A stretch of DNA of 64,000 nucleotides, from contig JABVCE010000018.1 of the NCBI GenBank assembly GCA_014905635.1, positions 434,001-498,000 of the forward strand. The letters are read 5' to 3'. Positions 59,688 through 64,000 of this stretch are shown piece by piece. Below the pieces are notes generated by a model that ran no database searches, was not told the DNA's origin, and saw only the letters and a list, made by a program, of their open reading frames with translations. Position 1 is the first letter of the stretch. Each line of letters opens with the position of its first letter. The stretch is from Scenedesmus sp. PABB004. Lineage: Eukaryota. The translations under genes were made by a program, and so were the position numbers.

Positions 59688-62600
59688 ATGGTGAGCGCCA
59701 GCGCGGCCACGCGGCGCCGCCGCATGTGGCGGCGGCGCCGCCGCGCAGCAGCGGGCGCCAGGCTGCGGCGCGCGCGAGCGCTCCGCCGCCCGCCCGCCGC
59801 AGGCCAAGGGCAAGGCGCAGGCGCAGGCCCAGACCCAGAAGACGGCGGGCATCACGCACATCGAGAGCTCCACGCTGGTGCGGCGCCGCACGGCGCGCGG
59901 CGGGCGCGCGGTTTGCTTGCGCGCGCTGATCGGCCGTCCCCGCCCCGGCCGCCGCGCCGCAGGTGTCCGCCCTCATCCGCGTGGTGCGCGCGCCGCGGGG
60001 GCCGCCGCACCGCGCGGCTGCCCCCCTGCCCCCGGCCGGCGGGATGCATATGCGTGCGCTCCCTCGCGCTGCGGTGCCCCTCGCCCCAAACCGCCCCGTG
60101 CCGCGCACAGAGCGTGTACCACGTGTGCTGGATGCGGGGCCTCTTCCCCGAGGAGGCGTTCAGCGGCCACGACATGAGCCAGCTCGACAGTGCGTGCGCC
60201 TGGCGCGCGCCGCGCCGCGCCGCGCGCGCCGCGCAGCGGCCGCCCCTCACACACGCGCGCGCGCACGCAAGCCTGCCGCCCGCCCGCCTGCCGCTCACGC
60301 GCCTGCCGCCGCCCGCCCTGCTGCCGCTGCGGCTGCAGAGATGCACATCAAGGTGATCGCAGGGCTTGCAGGACTCGCAGGACGCGCGCGCGCGCGCGCG
60401 CACGGCGCGTGCCCGGCGGCGTCCCGCGTGCCCAGTGCCCCCTGCCGCTGCCGCCGCCGCCGCCGTCGCCGCCGCCGCCGCCGCAGCTGCTCAAGCCCTC
60501 CGAGGACGAGGAGGCCGCCACGCTGCGCAAGTGGGTCGAGGAAGGTGCGCCGCGGCGCGGCGGGGCGGGGCAGGCGCGCGCCGCGCCCCGCCGCTGCGCC
60601 CCAGCCGCCGCGCGCCACGCCGCTTCACATTCGTGCGCCGCCGCCGCGCACGCGCAGGCGTGCTGCACGCCGTGGAGCAGGGCTACCTGCGCACGATGTA
60701 CTTTGGCGTGGCGCGCGACGCCGCCGCGACGCAGCTGCTCGAGGCGCGCGGCGCGCGGCGCGCGGCGCGCGCTGGGCGGCTAGCAGGACGCACGTGCGCG
60801 CCTCGCCGGCCGCCGCCGCCGCGTGCGCCCCCTCACACTACCCCCCTCTAAACCACTCCCCCCTCTAACCCCGCACACACCCTGCCCCCTAAACCCCTGC
60901 CAGGAGTACATCTTCAGCTTCAGCTACGGCGACGACGGCGGCGTCACGCTCGAGCTCGACGCCGGCGCGGCCGGCGGCCGCGGCCGCGACCGCTTCAGCA
61001 GCGCCGACGCCAAGGCACGCCCCGCGCGGCGCGGCCGGGGCGGGGGCGCGCGGGCGCGCGGCCGCCGCCTGCCTCGCGCGCCGCCGCCGCTGGCGCGCGT
61101 GGCCGGCTCCCCGCCGCCGCCGCCGCGGCTCGCCACTGCCGCCCCGGCCGCCGCGCAGCGCAAGGCGCCGCCGGGCGTGGACGTGGTGCGCTACCAGATC
61201 GTGCGCCTCATGCGCCTGCTGGTGCAGGTCTGCCAGACGCTCGACGCGGTGCCGGACGAGGTGCGGCGCGCGCGCGCGTGCTGTGCGCCTCGCCGGCGCG
61301 CGCAGCCGCCGCCGCCCCGCACGCGGCCCAGCCCTCTCTCTCTGACCCTGCGCCCCCCTCGCCCCTCTCGCCCCCCCCCCCTCCCCCCAGCGCTTCCTGT
61401 TCATCAAGCTCACGTGCGCGGCAGCGGGCGAGGAGGAGGGGGGGGGCACGTGGCCCGCAACACGCCGCGCGGCACGCGCCCAGGGCGGCGCCCTGCAAGC
61501 CGAGCGCGCTGCTCCCCGCCACGCACGCACACACGCCCCCCCCCCCCCCCACCCACCAGGTACCACGACCACACGCCCGACAGCTACGAGCCGCCCAACT
61601 TCCACGCCGTCGCGGAGGACGGCATCGGCCACTTTGCGCGCCGCCCCTTTGCCATGTGCGCGGCACAGCTGCTGCACCTGCTGCCGCAGCGCGCTGCCGC
61701 GGCGCGCTGCTGCTGCGGCGGCGCGCTGCCGCGGGGCGCCGAGGCGCAGGGCTGACAGCCCCTGGCCGCCGCCGCCGCCGCTGCCGCGCGCGCGCCGCGC
61801 GGGGGCGGCGCAGGGACGTGGGCGCGGTCGACACGCGGCACCACACGGTGAGCCTGCGCGTGAAGAGCGTGCTGGACTCGTGCGGCGACATGGACGACGC
61901 CGCGGACGACCAGGACCAGGAGCTGGAGGGCTCGCAGCAGGCGCGCGCCGCGCGCGCGCGCTGTGCGCTGCGCTCACGCTGCGCCGCGGCGCTCACGCAG
62001 CCCCCCGCCCCTGGCTCCCCGCCTCCCTTCCCGCGCCGCAGATGTCTGGCCTCAGCGACCAAGAGATGGAGGACGCCGCGGCGCCCGGCGGCGGCTGCCC
62101 CACGCCCTGCGACGAGGGTGCGCCGCGCCGCAGCACGCCGCGCGCGCCCCGCCCCGCACAACGGCGCCGGTGCCGGGTCGGGCGCACTCGAGGCCGCGCC
62201 TGACCCGCCGCCGCCGCCGCCCCCGACCCGCCGCCGCTGCCGCCGACCGCCAGCGCACCTTGCCATGCTGGTCGCGAGCGAGCCGCAGCGCCTGCCCGCG
62301 CCCACGCAGCCGCCGCACGCCGCGGCCGACAGCCAGCTGCTCATCGAGCCCACGCTCGCGCCGCCCGGCTCCGCGGCGGGCGCCGACCACGCGGCGGGCG
62401 CCGGCGACGCCAGCGACGACGACGAGACGTGCGACACGCGCGGCGACAGCGCCGCGCCGGCGCCGCCGCCGCGCAGCGCGCAGCCGCTGCGCAGCAGCCC
62501 CAGCGCCGGCGCGAGCGGCGGCGCCGGCTATGAGCGCGTGCGCGCGTTTGTGCTGGCGCGCGCGGGCGGCACGCTGGGCTTCGTGGACCTGCTGGCCGCC

Positions 62601-63658
62601 TTTTACGAGCTCACCCCCGAGCAGCTCACGCGCGCGGTGGAGGGCATGGGCCGCGAGGGCCTGATCAAGGTGGGCGCAGCGCGGCGCGCGGGGCGGGCGC
62701 GCGCGCCGGCGCTGCGGCTGACGGCCGTCGCGCCCTGTCAGGCTTGACCCGGCCGCCGCGCCGCGCCGCCGCCGCGCCGCAGCCCGGCGCGCAGCGTGAC
62801 ACGTACGTCGTCGTGGCCGCAGCGCCGGCGCCGCCGGCGCCCGCGGCGCCCAAGGCCTTTGCGCGCGGCGGCGCCGGCCGCGGCGGCGGCGGCGCCGCAG
62901 CGGCGGCGGACGCCGGCGCCGAGGCGGCGGGCGACACGAGCCAGCTCGCGGGCGGGGGCGGCGCCGCGCGGCCGCGCGGCGCCGCGCTGCGCCAGGGGGA
63001 GCGCGCAATCAGCGACATGATGACCGGACTCTCCATGGGCGGCGGCGGCGGCGGCGCCTCGGCGGCGGCGGCGGCGGCGGCGCGGCGCGGGCAACGCGAG
63101 CGTGCAGGGGCGCAGCGTGCACGCGGGTGTGTGTGCGCACGCGCGCTCGAGGGCGCCGCGCGCAGCCCGCGCTGCGCGCCGCCGCCTCTGCCGGCTGCGC
63201 TCACGCGCAGCCCGCGCCGTGCCGCAGGCTCCGACGCGTCGGGCGCGCCGCCCGCGGCGCCGCGCGCGCCGCCCTTTGCGGCGCAGACCGACGCCGCCGG
63301 CGCGGACGAGCCGAGCGTGCAGCTGCCGCAGGACCGCGAGCACCGCGGCATCTGGTTCGAGGGCAGCCAGCAAAGCTTCCGCGGCCCGGCCGCCGCCGCG
63401 GCGCAGCTCGGCGTGCCCGCCGCGCCGCCGGGCGGCGCCGGCGCCGGCGCCGGCGAGGCGCCGCCGCGCAGCCGGCTGCGCAAGGCCTCCTACGTCAACA
63501 GCCCCATCCACCAGCGCAGCGGCAAGCGCGACGGCGCCAGGCGCGGCGCGGGCGCGGGCGAGCCCGGCGCGGCGGCGGTGCACAAGACGGCCAACAAGGC
63601 CGCGCGCAAGCCCACCGGCGGCGGCGGCAGGGCCGTGCGCACGGCGGCGATGAAGTGA
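59688..63658 (+). CDS. HOP1: Meiotic HORMA-domain protein HOP1/ASY1
   Basis: SVYHVCWMRGLFPEEAF, WVEEGVLHAVEQGYL, LEEYIFSFSY, MRLLVQVCQTLDAVPDERFLFIKLTYHDHTPDSYEPPNF, HHTVSLRVKSVLD; winged-helix-like segment; closure-like RKASYVNSPIHQ. Confidence 0.9.
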
Positions 63659-63890
63659 GGCGCGCCAGGGGCGGCGGCGCGCCTCTGGGGCGATGCGGGG
63701 GTGTGGGCAGGGTGCGGGGGGTGGCTGTGGCGCCGGGTGGTGGCCGCTGGTCGGTCGCCTGAGCTGCAGGAGGCTGGCTGTGGGCAGCGATGCGAGTGAG
63801 GGGTGGGCAGGCTCCGGGGCGGACGTGCGACGCGGGGGTCGGCTGGGCAGGGCAACCACTGTGCATGCACGTGGTTACTCGCCGGCAGGC

Positions 63891-63999
63891 GCAGCAACGT
63901 CACGGGCGCGCAGCACACGCCTCGCCAGCTCAACGCCAACCTGTCAAACCCAGCGCCAGCGCACAGCCGCCGCCTCACGTCGATCGAGCACCCCCGCCG
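63891..63999. repeat. Dispersed repeat, copy 2 (homologous to BTB 3' flank at 20976-21088)
   Basis: Shares GCAGCAACGTCACGGGCGCGCAGCACACGC and TCGATCGAGCACCCCCGCCG. Confidence 0.85.
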
Positions 64000-64000
64000 T

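Overview
Gene-dense, extremely GC-rich (roughly three-quarters or more G+C by eye) eukaryotic nuclear DNA, most likely from a chlorophyte green alga (zeaxanthin epoxidase, plastid-type transit peptides, TGTAA-type poly(A) signals). About 22 intron-rich genes can be assembled by hand. In order: divergent Ser/Thr kinase, soluble pyrophosphatase, Janus/PHPT1-domain protein, rotatin, 2-TM Cys-rich membrane protein, BTB protein with an in-frame TAG, putative plastid protein (pTAC12-like), CSN3, a 40-aa micro-ORF, Reeler-like secreted protein, PC-esterase/TBL-like copy 1, CstF-64, peroxisomal acyl-CoA synthetase, DHHC palmitoyltransferase, beta-tubulin, USP, ZEP, cyclin H, PC-esterase/TBL-like copy 2, LMW-PTP and meiotic HOP1/ASY1. 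Most long ORFs in the supplied track are GC artefacts. The strongest window-wide signal is the splicing system: about 20 GC-AG introns, all with an AG|GC donor, among very roughly 120 introns, plus micro-exons and telomere-like intron ends. Other notable signals are candidate polycistronic gene pairs, a foldback element, a near-identical duplicated exon fragment, and several catalytically altered or lineage-unexpected proteins. Gene coordinates run from start to stop including introns and were built by eye. Protein family comparisons are from memory; no searches were run.
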